Source: Candidatus Moraniibacteriota bacterium (GTDB lineage Bacteria > Patescibacteriota > Minisyncoccia > Moranbacterales > UBA1568). From it: a stretch of 64,000 bases of DNA. The first letter of the stretch is position 1; every line of letters begins with the position of its first letter. Under the pieces are notes generated by a model, which did not search any database, was not told where the DNA came from, and worked only from the letters and a program-made list of their open reading frames with translations. Below, piece after piece: positions 45,067 through 54,764 of the stretch. Position numbers and translations under genes: made by a program. The stretch spans positions 180,151 to 244,150 of the forward strand of contig CAVZUR010000004.1 in the NCBI GenBank assembly GCA_963778555.1, read 5' to 3'.

Positions 45067-45380
45067 GCCAGAGACAGGCGATTCCCAGAAGGACCGGCAG
45101 ACTGATACATTGTCCTAACCGACGACTCAACGAATGTCCTGCAATACCTGATAGAAACATGAAACGTGGCCAATGATTAGGCATCCTGATTGTGGATACC
45201 GCCAAAAGACGCAAATCTGAGAATAGCATCTTCGAAGCGGCAGTCAACAGCTGTTTCCTATATAATTTTGATATTGCGGCTCTCTCAAGCAAAAAACCGT
45301 CCAATGAGACGGTATTTATCAGAACACGAAAAATAATAATGTCAAGTATGAGATTAGGGGGAGATCAGCCGTGCCGGTAA

Positions 45381-46136
45381 TTATTCCCCGCCCCCTTCTT
45401 GCTCGTTCAGCTCCTTGAAATACATGTCGACATCGGCAATCCACTTCCGGACGCTCTCACGGGAGTGACCATCGCAGCTGTAGCCGCATTTCCAAATGAT
45501 CATCTTGGCTGGCGTATCGATCTTGGATGAATTGATCAGTGTCTCGATACGGAGCGCCACCGTATCGACAGCGTCCTTGCGGCTATTGAAACAGGTATGT
45601 CCGCCGGTTCCCATCAGCCGCCGAATACCCCGGTAGCCCCAATAGTTGAAGCAGTCTTGGCCATCCAGTACCGGCACTCGCTTCCCCCAATTGCTTTCTT
45701 TCTTCCCGATACCAATAAGGAAGGCCGCCACGATGCGGTCTTTTTCCAATATATACGGGAGCATCGCTTCAATCGGATAGCCCTTTACCAGCTCTTCAAT
45801 CTGCTGGCTGTATTCTTCTTTTTCCGCCTCGCTAAAGAATTGAAGGAAGAGGTCATCATTCGGATCATACTTCTTCTCCCCCGAAAGTTCGCGGGCGATT
45901 TTCTCTTCTTCTCCATCAGCCTCCGCTACTACCGCCGCTGATTCAGCCGACTGTGCGCTCGCATCGTCGCCTTTCAAATCCTGAATGACTGACATCGAAA
46001 CCACTCCGAAGCTAACGCCCGCAAAGAGCGAAGCATAGAGGGCTTTTTTCGGCGACAAATTTCCCGCCTCAGGAAGAAGACGGCCGAATTTTCGACTGGC
46101 ATGCCGAAAAAAGATGAAGAGCCGGCGGACCAGCAT
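45381..46136 (-). CDS. secreted protein with conserved C-terminal Cys-containing domain (paralog B)
   Basis: Signal/TM 'KKALYASLFAGVSFGVVSMSV'. Acidic linker. C-terminal 'GYPIEAMLPYILEKD...LIGIGKKESNWGKRVP...DCFNYWGY...IWKCGYSCDGHSRESVRKW'. Start codon uncertain. Confidence 0.45.
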   Translation of the reverse strand: MLVRRLFIFFRHASRKFGRLLPEAGNLSPKKALYASLFAGVSFGVVSMSVIQDLKGDDASAQSAESAAVVAEADGEEEKIARELSGEKKYDPNDDLFLQFFSEAEKEEYSQQIEELVKGYPIEAMLPYILEKDRIVAAFLIGIGKKESNWGKRVPVLDGQDCFNYWGYRGIRRLMGTGGHTCFNSRKDAVDTVALRIETLINSSKIDTPAKMIIWKCGYSCDGHSRESVRKWIADVDMYFKELNEQEGGGE

Positions 46137-46368
46137 GAGCTTGCGCCATTCATGCCGAAACGACGCAACGGAGCTCGTCTTGGTCCGCTCCCGGAGCAAA
46201 ACCGCATCCAGCTGTCGCCGAGCCCGGAGCATCGAAGGAGAGACGATGGGGCGCGGTGCCAGACTCGGCCGCGGCGAGCGGTATTCACTCCCGCGCGCAA
46301 TGCCATCAAAGAGCATCTTAGAGCGCGAAATCGATTGGGGCTTGGGTGGGGCGACTTCTCGCATGGGT

Positions 46369-46746
46369 TCAGATTCCGGCTTTTTGTTTGAAGAATTCGA
46401 TCACTTTCGGCGTCCCAATCAGGCACTTTCCATCGGAAAAAACAAACGGGACGGCGACTTCCTCGGCTTTCAGGGCGCAGATTCCGGCCGCCTCGCGCAT
46501 GAGTGCAGCATTCGCCCGGTCATGCCACACTTCGCGCTTCACAAAGCTGAATTTTTCTTCGATCTTATTCTCATCGAGAAAAGCTCGGACATCACGACAA
46601 TGAGGGCACTCTTCGCCATAAAAATACGTCGTGACGGTTGCGTCGAACGCTTCTTTGGCACCCTCACTTTGGAGGCCCCACCAGACAAGTCCACCGATGA
46701 GGAATACGATTCCGAGCGCCAGGCCGATCAATGGTCGTTTTTCCAT
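46369..46746 (-). CDS. membrane-anchored glutaredoxin/thioredoxin-fold protein (CPHC active site)
   Basis: N-terminal TM. 'YFYGEECPHCRDVRAFL' CxxC motif in thioredoxin-fold context. Confidence 0.65.
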   Translation of the reverse strand: MEKRPLIGLALGIVFLIGGLVWWGLQSEGAKEAFDATVTTYFYGEECPHCRDVRAFLDENKIEEKFSFVKREVWHDRANAALMREAAGICALKAEEVAVPFVFSDGKCLIGTPKVIEFFKQKAGI

Positions 46747-46756
46747 AGCTTTTATC

Positions 46757-47584
46757 CTAGTATACCACGCGTTTCCGGGAAAGAATGAGCACGATGAGCG
46801 CCATGAACGCCATCATGATAGAAAAGGTTTGTCCGAGAGTGAAGAAATTCAGCACCAGTCCAGCGGAGGCGGCTGGCTCACGATAGCCTTCCGCCACAAA
46901 GCGGAGGCCCGCATACGCGAACAGAAAAAGCGCCGTCATGCGTCCCGGCGTTGAAATACGCTTCTCCCCCGCCACTCTCAGTACCAAAAAAAGGACAATG
47001 CCCTCGAGCACAGCTTCATACAGCGTTACCGGATGCAGCAGACTTTCGGGCGCCGCCGGGAAACGCATTCCCCACGTCACGCTCGTTACGCGACCCATGA
47101 TCTCCTGATTGAGAAAATTTCCGATCCGACCGAAGAAGAGCGCCACCGGTACTGCCTGCACGAGCGCATCGGAGAACCGGAAGAATTCCCGCTTTGCTTC
47201 ACGTGTGAATATCCAGAGTCCGATCATACCGCCAATCAGTCCCCCATGAAAACTCATGCCGCGAATGCCAATCCAAACCCCCTGTGTGAAATCATACGGG
47301 GAAACGATACGCCATGGTTCCCGAAAATAGTCGCCGCCGCCATAGAAAACCACATAACCAATCCGAGCACCAATCAGCACGCCCCACAATAGGGTAATGA
47401 TGAGCTCGATCGAAACCGAAGCATCGCTCAGGAGTCCACGTCGCCGGACGAGGCGAATAAAATAGAGCGACGTGAGTACGGCGCCGGCCATGTACATGAG
47501 GGCGTACCATGTCACCGACAGACTGCCGATGGACACAGCAACCGGGTCGAGTGCAAGCGGGAGCGACTGCCACGACTGGAGCAT
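46757..47584 (-). CDS. lgt: prolipoprotein diacylglyceryl transferase
   Basis: 'SFHGGLIGGMIG', 'FGRIGNFLNQE' Lgt signature. 7 TM. Confidence 0.85.
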   Translation of the reverse strand: MLQSWQSLPLALDPVAVSIGSLSVTWYALMYMAGAVLTSLYFIRLVRRRGLLSDASVSIELIITLLWGVLIGARIGYVVFYGGGDYFREPWRIVSPYDFTQGVWIGIRGMSFHGGLIGGMIGLWIFTREAKREFFRFSDALVQAVPVALFFGRIGNFLNQEIMGRVTSVTWGMRFPAAPESLLHPVTLYEAVLEGIVLFLVLRVAGEKRISTPGRMTALFLFAYAGLRFVAEGYREPAASAGLVLNFFTLGQTFSIMMAFMALIVLILSRKRVVY

Positions 47585-47587
47585 ACG

Positions 47588-48682
47588 TCAGTTTTCACTG
47601 TAACTCTCAAGCTGACTCTTGAACTCCATGGAATAGATCTCGCCCAGCGCGAGGAAGAGCGACACAATGATAGGCCCGATGATGAATCCCGGGAGACCGA
47701 AGAGTGCGATGCCGCCCAAAGTTGCGAAGAAAACCATCAGCGGGTGCATCTGGGTATCTTTCCCGACGAGCTTCGGTCGCAAGATATTATCAATCAGCGA
47801 GATCACCCCGAACCCCACGATCAGGATGAAGACACCCTGCCAAATCTGGCCCAACAGGAGAAGAATGATACCGACTGGCAGCCACACCAGGCCGGATCCG
47901 ACGAATGGGATGATCGAGAGCAGAATCATAAGAAGTCCCCAGATTGCGGGCGAAGGCACTCCGACGATCCAAAAAGCCAGCCCGCCGAGCAATCCCTGGA
48001 TGGCGCCGACAACCAGCGTGCCCTTCAGTGTCGCCCGGCTGATCGAGATGAATTTCGTCGCCAGAAGCGTTTCATGTTCGGTCTTGAGCGGTGAGAGCTT
48101 GATGAGATGACCGAACGCCTTCTGCCCATCGATGAGAAAATAGAAAAGGGTAAAGAACATGACAAACACCCAGAAGATGAAGTGTGTCACGCTCTGGTAG
48201 GCGGCCTGGAGCAGCCCGAGGGCGTTCTGGCTAAATTGCCGGATATCTTCCATCACGCTTTCTGTCGTGAACGCTGCATCCTTGAAAACAATCTGACCAA
48301 AAGCGGTCTGGTGGATCGTATTGACCGTGGTTTCGACAACACCGGCAAATGAGCGCTCTTCGCCGATGCTATGGTACAAATGATTCGCTTCGGCCACCGC
48401 CAAAGAAAGGACGGAGAGGATCGGGGTGACAATAATGAGTGCCACCAACAGGCACGTCACCAGGGAAGCGCTCGTCTCTCTATCGCCAAATATCCGTTTC
48501 AGCGATTCATAGACCGGCCGGAACAGGACCGAAAGAATCGCCGCCGCGACAATGGCCGTGAGAAAAGGCTGGAAAATGAAGAATACCGTGCCGCCCACGA
48601 TAAACATGATGAGGAAGAAGAAATAGATGTTGAGATTGCGTACCTGCATACCAGAAAACGAGCTGATTTTATCACGTATCAA
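47588..48682 (-). CDS. AI-2E family transporter (PerM/UPF0118)
   Basis: 8 TM with conserved 'IPFVGSGLVWLPVGIILLL' and 'LRPKLVGK'. Confidence 0.8.
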   Translation of the reverse strand: MIRDKISSFSGMQVRNLNIYFFFLIMFIVGGTVFFIFQPFLTAIVAAAILSVLFRPVYESLKRIFGDRETSASLVTCLLVALIIVTPILSVLSLAVAEANHLYHSIGEERSFAGVVETTVNTIHQTAFGQIVFKDAAFTTESVMEDIRQFSQNALGLLQAAYQSVTHFIFWVFVMFFTLFYFLIDGQKAFGHLIKLSPLKTEHETLLATKFISISRATLKGTLVVGAIQGLLGGLAFWIVGVPSPAIWGLLMILLSIIPFVGSGLVWLPVGIILLLLGQIWQGVFILIVGFGVISLIDNILRPKLVGKDTQMHPLMVFFATLGGIALFGLPGFIIGPIIVSLFLALGEIYSMEFKSQLESYSEN

Positions 48683-49657
48683 TACCCCGATTATAGCCGG
48701 AAATAGCCGATTTGGGAAAAACCTGGAAATTCGGCTTCCCGAGAAGTATCTGAGCGTTCACAGAGAGCGTCAATTTTCCCCGAATCAGCTGCTTGGCATG
48801 TGGCGGTCGGACAGACAGAGTCAATCCGTAGTGTCTTTCGAAATAGGCTTTGATACCAGTGCGCGTAGCATAGCCTTTCGGTAGGAGAAAGGGTTGATAT
48901 TTTTTTTGGTTCGAAGAATAGTACTGTCGGTGTTTCTCGTGAAGAATGACGATAGCCCGGGCTTCGGTCCAATCCTGTCGCCCGGTGAGTCTCATCGTTT
49001 TCTTTTTCTCCTCCTGTTTTCCACGCTCACGATAATACACGCACCGGAAACGAAGCGGGCAGGCCTCGCATTTCGGCTGGGCGACACAGAGCGCGCTGCC
49101 GAAATCCATGAGGGCCGCGTTCAGGGATTTTCTTGGCGTCATAAACTTGGCCTCAAAGGAACCTTCGTCGATCAGAGCTTGCCGTGTCCCAAAGAAAAAA
49201 CGGCCGATGACTCGCTTCAGATTCGTATCCCAGGCCAAGTGATTGTCCCGAAAGGCGAAACTCAGAATAGCCGCCGCTGTATACGGTCCGATACCGGGAA
49301 TTTTCTCAAGGAGTTTTTTTCACGCGGGAATTTTCCAGCATACTTGTTCGCGATAATCTGAGCCGCCAGGAGCATATTGCGTCCCCGCGCATAGTAGCCC
49401 AGCCCGGCATAATACGGGAGAAATTCCTCCCAGCTAACCCGTGCCAACATCTCGACCGTTGGAAACTTTTTGAGAAAACGCGTGTAGTACCCGATCACCC
49501 GCGACACCTGCGTCTGCTGCAACATAATCTCCGATACCCACACTTCGTACGCTGTAATCCCCCTCTTCCGCCAGGGCAATTCCGTCCTGCCCGCTTTGCG
49601 GAAAAAATCCATCAGGTACCGCTCAAAAAATACAATTTTGTCTTTCCGAATTGACAT
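48672..49657 (-). CDS. mutY: A/G-specific adenine DNA glycosylase; frameshift at a T7 homopolymer (~49315-49321)
   Basis: N-terminal HhH-GPD 'YEVWVSEIMLQQTQV...AGLGYYARGRNM' is in ORF 49262..49657. '[4Fe-4S] CVAQPKCEACPLRFRCVYY' plus the NUDIX-like MutY C-terminal domain is in ORF 48672..49238. Confidence 0.7.
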
Positions 49658-49670
49658 AGACATCATTCTT

Positions 49671-50747
49671 TCAATCCTGGATGACTCCCCCACCCAGACA
49701 GTACTCACCGCTGTAAAACACGGCGTATTGACCCGACGCAATCCCAGTGTCGGTTTCTTTTTGAAGCACGACTTCGAGCGTATTTTCGTCTTGCCACTGA
49801 ACTTGGCAGCCATATTCCTTTGGTCCATGGCGCAGCTTCACCGAAAGCCCCATACCATCTTCCGGCTTTTCATTAAACCAATTCAGATTTGTCACGGTGA
49901 AGGAGTTCCGGGCTCGTTCCGCCCGATGCTCCGCATGTGAAATCGAGATGGTATTCGTCACTCTGTCCTTTGCCACCACATACCACGGTCCGCCCGACAA
50001 GCCGATACCCTCCCGCTGACCGATAGTGAAATACCAAAAGCCCTGGTGTTCACCGAGTACCTTCCCGGTCTCGGATTCTACGAGCGGGCCTTTTTTTACT
50101 CCGAGGTGGTGTTTGAGAAACGCATCGAAGGGAATCTTGCCAAGAAAACAAATACCCTGGCTATCTTTGCGTTTCGCGTTCGGGAGTTGGAACCTCTCAG
50201 CTAACGCCCGGACTTCTGGCTTCGTATACTGGCCGATGGGAAAGAGCGCCCGGGACAGCTGCGCCTTCGAAAGCTGAGATAGAAAATAAGTCTGGTCCTT
50301 CACTTCATCGAGCGTCTTCTTCAGATATATGTTCCCTCCTCGTTTCTCTCCCTGTGCATAGTGCCCAGTCGCAACCTTCGCATAGCCGTCCCCAATCGCA
50401 TCGGAAAATGCACCGAACTTGATCCGCGCATTGCAGAGCATATCGGGATTCGGTGTCCGGCAGGCCTTCACTTCGCTGATCGCCTCCGCCACCACGCGCT
50501 CCCAATACTCTTTCTGAAGCGGTATGATTTCAAGCGGCACGCCGAGCTGGTCCGTCACGGCCCGAACAAATTGCAAGTCCTCTTCCCAGGGACAGTCGCC
50601 CAAAAATGCCAGCTCATCCTCCAGCCAGATTTTTATATAGAACGCGGTCACATCGAAACCTGCCACTTTGAGAAGGGCGAGGGCGACCGAGCTATCAACG
50701 CCGCCCGAAACCAGAACGGCGATTTTTTCATTTTTTTCGGCAGTCAT
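49671..50747 (-). CDS. mnmA: tRNA-specific 2-thiouridylase
   Basis: 'IAVLVSGGVDSSVA' PP-loop, catalytic Cys 'CNARIKFG' and 'GICFLG'. Confidence 0.9.
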   Translation of the reverse strand: MTAEKNEKIAVLVSGGVDSSVALALLKVAGFDVTAFYIKIWLEDELAFLGDCPWEEDLQFVRAVTDQLGVPLEIIPLQKEYWERVVAEAISEVKACRTPNPDMLCNARIKFGAFSDAIGDGYAKVATGHYAQGEKRGGNIYLKKTLDEVKDQTYFLSQLSKAQLSRALFPIGQYTKPEVRALAERFQLPNAKRKDSQGICFLGKIPFDAFLKHHLGVKKGPLVESETGKVLGEHQGFWYFTIGQREGIGLSGGPWYVVAKDRVTNTISISHAEHRAERARNSFTVTNLNWFNEKPEDGMGLSVKLRHGPKEYGCQVQWQDENTLEVVLQKETDTGIASGQYAVFYSGEYCLGGGVIQD

Positions 50748-50762
50748 ACTCTGTACTGTAAC

Positions 50763-50794
50763 AAAAAAAGCAAGGCGCTGTGCGAGGCGCCTTG
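50763..50794 (-). terminator. Rho-independent terminator (hairpin caaggcgc/gcgccttg + U-run)
   Basis: 8-bp GC-rich stem (50771-78 / 50787-94) with an 8-nt loop. Followed on the minus strand by U7. Downstream of gene 50817..51227. Confidence 0.65.
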
Positions 50795-50816
50795 TTCACA
50801 ACCGTTCCGCGAGGGC

Positions 50817-51227
50817 TTATGGGGACTGATACCGTTCAGTCTCCCGGACCCGCTGTCGGAACTTCCGTAAGAATTCCACGAGTTGTTCCCGGTGTCCGTA
50901 CTGGCCGCTCGACTTCGTCGTTGCCAAAACGGAAAGTTGGTCTTTCACCCATTTAATGCTGCAATCGGCATCGCTGGCGGCATTGGTGATGTCGTTGAAA
51001 ATCTCAAGCGGGTAATCCGCGAATGTGGGACGACTGTGCAGGCCGTCACTGATCACTCGGCGCACGAGATTGAGCGCGCCCATCTCCTGATACGCCTGAC
51101 CTAGTCCGCCATTGGCGGGACGAAAGAAATAGCGCCTGCTCGAAAGCGTCTGAATAACGATATCAGTAGACGACAACAAGTCAGTCAACGCCGGAAAGGG
51201 CGGACGGGACGAATTTCTCTTGGCCAT
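50817..51227 (-). CDS. hypothetical protein
   Basis: 136-aa ORF with a dedicated terminator. No recognisable motifs. Confidence 0.4.
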   Translation of the reverse strand: MAKRNSSRPPFPALTDLLSSTDIVIQTLSSRRYFFRPANGGLGQAYQEMGALNLVRRVISDGLHSRPTFADYPLEIFNDITNAASDADCSIKWVKDQLSVLATTKSSGQYGHREQLVEFLRKFRQRVRETERYQSP

Positions 51228-51308
51228 GCAGCACTCCTTGTAGTAGTGGGGTTGGGAAAGAATCAGCTAAAGAACGAGGCACTACTCTATCCCCGTTCAG
51301 CGAGCATG

Positions 51309-53321
51309 TCAAGATTCATTCTCCTTTTCCTGGCGAGCGCCATCAATGAGCGCCCGGACCGCACTAACGTTGATATCTGGCTTTCGGCGCAGCGCCTTAA
51401 ACTTCTTGGGTTCAATATGCTGGGTCTGAGAGAGTTTCATCGGAACTTCGGTAGAGGCATAGGCACGATGCTCGGTCGAACGGCGGTGCCCCTCCTCCGG
51501 TTTCCGGTCGACGGTCCGCGTCTCCGCGGCTGGCCTGGATTTTTCCAGCTGCGCTTGGCGCTCTCGCGCTACCGCTCGCTGATAATCACGCAGACAATCC
51601 TTGCAGAATGTCGGCCGCGAGGCATCCGGCTCAAATGGCACCTCGATATCAATGCCGCATGTCGCGCAGACCGCCGGATAGAGGATTTTTTCCGGGACGG
51701 TTTCGGGCAGCGTTTCATCAGCCGTGCGCTCTGTTTCTTCTAGCGTGAATGTTGGAGGGACGATGATCGGCTTCGCCAAAACGGGCGACACTTTCTTTTC
51801 AACCTTTTTCGCCTCTGAAGAAAGTGGCACTGGCGTTTCCTCCAGCAGCGGTATTTCAGCCGTGGCGAAGGAGTGAGCAGCCGCGGGTGCGACCGACTGT
51901 TGCACCGACTTCACGACCGGCTTGGAGACGGGTCTCGGTAGCGGTTTCGGAATCGGTTTCGGCCGCGGGGTAATCGGGGCTGGCGCAGGCGTCGCTGCCG
52001 GTGCGGGTCGCAGCGCCGCTTTCTCTTCATCCGTGAGCATGCCGGTCCAGCGACGAATCTTGTCCTCAACCTCTTGCTGCGACGAAGCATAGCGTTCGCG
52101 AGAACCAGCGATAACTTTATCGTTGATGCCCGGCGTTTCAATCAGAATCGGCGGTAAGGTCGTCGCCGAAAACGCGTCACCAGCGATGCCGTCGATCATG
52201 AGTTTCAGATAAATCTGGTATTTCGGTAGATTGATCAGGTCATTCATCATGAAGACCGGCTCGAATTCTTTTTCGAGGAGCTCCGCGTCGGGCGCGCCGA
52301 CCCGGAAAGCGACCAGCGTCCCGCAGTTGCCGAAAACCGCATCACTCACTTTTTCCTCAAGCTGCGTGATGTATTGGTTGGCGAGAATGAGCGACAGACG
52401 GTATTTACGCGCCTCGGAAAGAATGTTGGCGAACGAATCCGTCGCGAAATTCTGGAATTCGTCGACGTAGAGGTAGAAGTCCTTGCGTTCTTCCTCTGGG
52501 ATATCAGCCCGGCCCATCGCGGCAAGCTGGATTTTGGTGATCATCATCGCGCCCAGGAGCGCGCTCGAATCCTCGCCGATCTTGCCCTTGGCCAAGTTCA
52601 TGATGAGGATCTTCTTGTTATCCATGATTTCGCGCACATCGAACGCGCTCGTCGGCTGGCCGATGATGTTGCGGATGAGACTGTTCGATGTGAACTGCCC
52701 GACCTTGTTCTGAATCGGCGAAATAACTTCTTGCAGTACGCGCTCATTCCAACCGGCGAACTCGACGGTCCAGAACTGCTTCACCACTGGATCAGTGACT
52801 TTCTCCATCACACGTTCTCGGTAGCTTTTGTCGACAAGAATACGCATGACGCCCAACAGGCTCGCGCCCGGGTATTCAAGGAGAGCGAGGATAGCATTCC
52901 GCAGGATATATTCGAGCCGCGGCCCCCAAGAATCGGCCCAGATTTTCTTGAAAACACCGACCAAGCCCGACGCGACAAGCGACCGCTGGTCAGGTCCGAC
53001 CTGTTCGAGTACATTAAACGCGATCGGGAACGCCTGATCGGCCGGATCGAAATAGATGACATCGTTGATACGCTCCGGCGGGATGGCTTTGATGAGCTTT
53101 AACGCGACATCACCGTGCGGATCGATAAAGCAAATACCATGACCCTGCTGGATATCTTGGATAGCGAGGTTCTCGAGCAGATTGGTCTTGCCCATACCCG
53201 TCTTGCCCAAGAGGTACATGTGCCGCCGGCGGTCATCGGCTTTGATGCCGAACACGCGTTCCTGATTGCGGAAATTAGTCTTGGCGAAGACTGTGATTGG
53301 ATTGTCAGTGGGCTCAGGCAT
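51309..53321 (-). CDS. soluble VirD4/TraD-family (type IV coupling protein-like) P-loop ATPase with Pro-rich linker and C-terminal C4 zinc ribbon
   Basis: 'YLLGKTGMGKTNLL' Walker A, 'FYLYVDEFQNF' Walker B, 'ILANQ'. No N-terminal TM. 'PAPAATPAPAPITPRPKPIPKPLPRP' linker. 'CATCGIDIEV...PTFCKDC'. Confidence 0.7.
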   Translation of the reverse strand: MPEPTDNPITVFAKTNFRNQERVFGIKADDRRRHMYLLGKTGMGKTNLLENLAIQDIQQGHGICFIDPHGDVALKLIKAIPPERINDVIYFDPADQAFPIAFNVLEQVGPDQRSLVASGLVGVFKKIWADSWGPRLEYILRNAILALLEYPGASLLGVMRILVDKSYRERVMEKVTDPVVKQFWTVEFAGWNERVLQEVISPIQNKVGQFTSNSLIRNIIGQPTSAFDVREIMDNKKILIMNLAKGKIGEDSSALLGAMMITKIQLAAMGRADIPEEERKDFYLYVDEFQNFATDSFANILSEARKYRLSLILANQYITQLEEKVSDAVFGNCGTLVAFRVGAPDAELLEKEFEPVFMMNDLINLPKYQIYLKLMIDGIAGDAFSATTLPPILIETPGINDKVIAGSRERYASSQQEVEDKIRRWTGMLTDEEKAALRPAPAATPAPAPITPRPKPIPKPLPRPVSKPVVKSVQQSVAPAAAHSFATAEIPLLEETPVPLSSEAKKVEKKVSPVLAKPIIVPPTFTLEETERTADETLPETVPEKILYPAVCATCGIDIEVPFEPDASRPTFCKDCLRDYQRAVARERQAQLEKSRPAAETRTVDRKPEEGHRRSTEHRAYASTEVPMKLSQTQHIEPKKFKALRRKPDINVSAVRALIDGARQEKENES

Positions 53322-53381
53322 AAGATGCGTTGATCTTTAGGTAGACAGAGAAGACGGTCCCGAACGAGACTGGAGTGCTCA

Positions 53382-54659
53382 TCATTGTACTGGCAAATTG
53401 CCGGGTGCGCCACCGCGCTTGGAAGTGACGCGGGTGAGGGCAGGCGCCAGCACCTGCATGTCCGGCAAATGAAACACCGTTGCTAGCTCTTCGGACGAGA
53501 ACAAGAAGCGGTTTTCCACCGGATCGGAGTCTCGGGTAATGTAACGTCGGAAAATCCGGCGCTGGCGGTAACGCAGCCGCTGTTCCACCATGAGGTAGCC
53601 AGCGTATGTCTTTGTCAGATCATCCGGCACCATGCTGTTGAGCGTCAGGTCATTGAACTGCTTGATGCCACCGATGAAGGCCGACACGCCGGTCGCCTTG
53701 GAGAAATGCTCCCGCTTGCCAAGATAGATATGGCGCATCTTGGTCTGGAACATCGGTTTGCTGATATTGCTCTCGAGCGCCTTCAGGGTATCCTTCTGCC
53801 CCGGTGTCAGACGGAACTCGACCGGCTGTTCTTCAGCGGCCGCCTTTTCCTCAAGACTCGTCCACGTCAATTCATTACCCAAAAGACCGGAGAACAAGTT
53901 ACGAAACACATCCGACAAATCGTGCCAAACCCGCGCGAAAATGCCCATCCCCTTGACTTCTTCATGCCCGAGGAATTCTTCGATCGTCGCCTGGCCTTTT
54001 TTCGGTCCCCAGTCTTCTTTGATTGGCGTAATCAGAAATTGCAGCCACAAATGCTGGTCCGGACCGATCTTGCCCATCGTCTCGATCAGGCCAGCCAAGG
54101 GATCGATCATCTTCCCAGTCACCGACTCCTCGAAAAATTTATAGGTCCGGATCGGGTACAGGTCTGGTTTGAATAGCTTAAATTCAGTTCCCCAGAGGTC
54201 CCAGTCTTTGTTCGGGATGGTGCGTGGTACAGCTTTGGTGTAATCTTCCGCTTCGACGATTTCGACATTCGGATACTGGCCGTAAAAATGCGCCTCCACC
54301 AAGTTGCGAAACTGTTTCTGCGTGCGAATATACATGTGGACTTGGCCCTCGGTACTCACGAGTTCTAAGCAAAACTTCGCCGGAAACTCACCCAGGACGT
54401 ATTCTTCGAAAACGTTCGAGCTCTTGATGACACCGGCAAACCCAGAATAGATGAGCTCCATCGGGTGAGGGCTTTTTTCAAGCTCCTTGGGTGAAATGAT
54501 CTCGAGCAGCACCCACTCGATTTTACTCGAGAACTTCTCGTTTCGGCTGTCGAGCCACAGCAGCATGAAAATCGGGTATGCGAAAAACGGTACGACGACG
54601 TACCAGACGTCGCTCGCGACCGAGGCGATGACGGCGATATTGTGAAAAAATTCGGCCAT
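53382..54659 (-). CDS. hypothetical membrane-anchored protein (partner of the T4CP-like ATPase)
   Basis: 425 aa. N-terminal TM 'IAVIASVASDVWYVVVPFFAYPIFMLLWL'. No known motifs. 60-nt gap to the ATPase gene. Confidence 0.5.
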   Translation of the reverse strand: MAEFFHNIAVIASVASDVWYVVVPFFAYPIFMLLWLDSRNEKFSSKIEWVLLEIISPKELEKSPHPMELIYSGFAGVIKSSNVFEEYVLGEFPAKFCLELVSTEGQVHMYIRTQKQFRNLVEAHFYGQYPNVEIVEAEDYTKAVPRTIPNKDWDLWGTEFKLFKPDLYPIRTYKFFEESVTGKMIDPLAGLIETMGKIGPDQHLWLQFLITPIKEDWGPKKGQATIEEFLGHEEVKGMGIFARVWHDLSDVFRNLFSGLLGNELTWTSLEEKAAAEEQPVEFRLTPGQKDTLKALESNISKPMFQTKMRHIYLGKREHFSKATGVSAFIGGIKQFNDLTLNSMVPDDLTKTYAGYLMVEQRLRYRQRRIFRRYITRDSDPVENRFLFSSEELATVFHLPDMQVLAPALTRVTSKRGGAPGNLPVQ

Positions 54660-54764
54660 GCCACTGAAGTCACTCGTGAGTTAGAGAGCGTTGTCTCACT
54701 CCACTATGCAGTATAGAGGCTTGCGCCCCGCGCGAAAACCCCTCGTCGGAAAAGGGCTAGCGAC

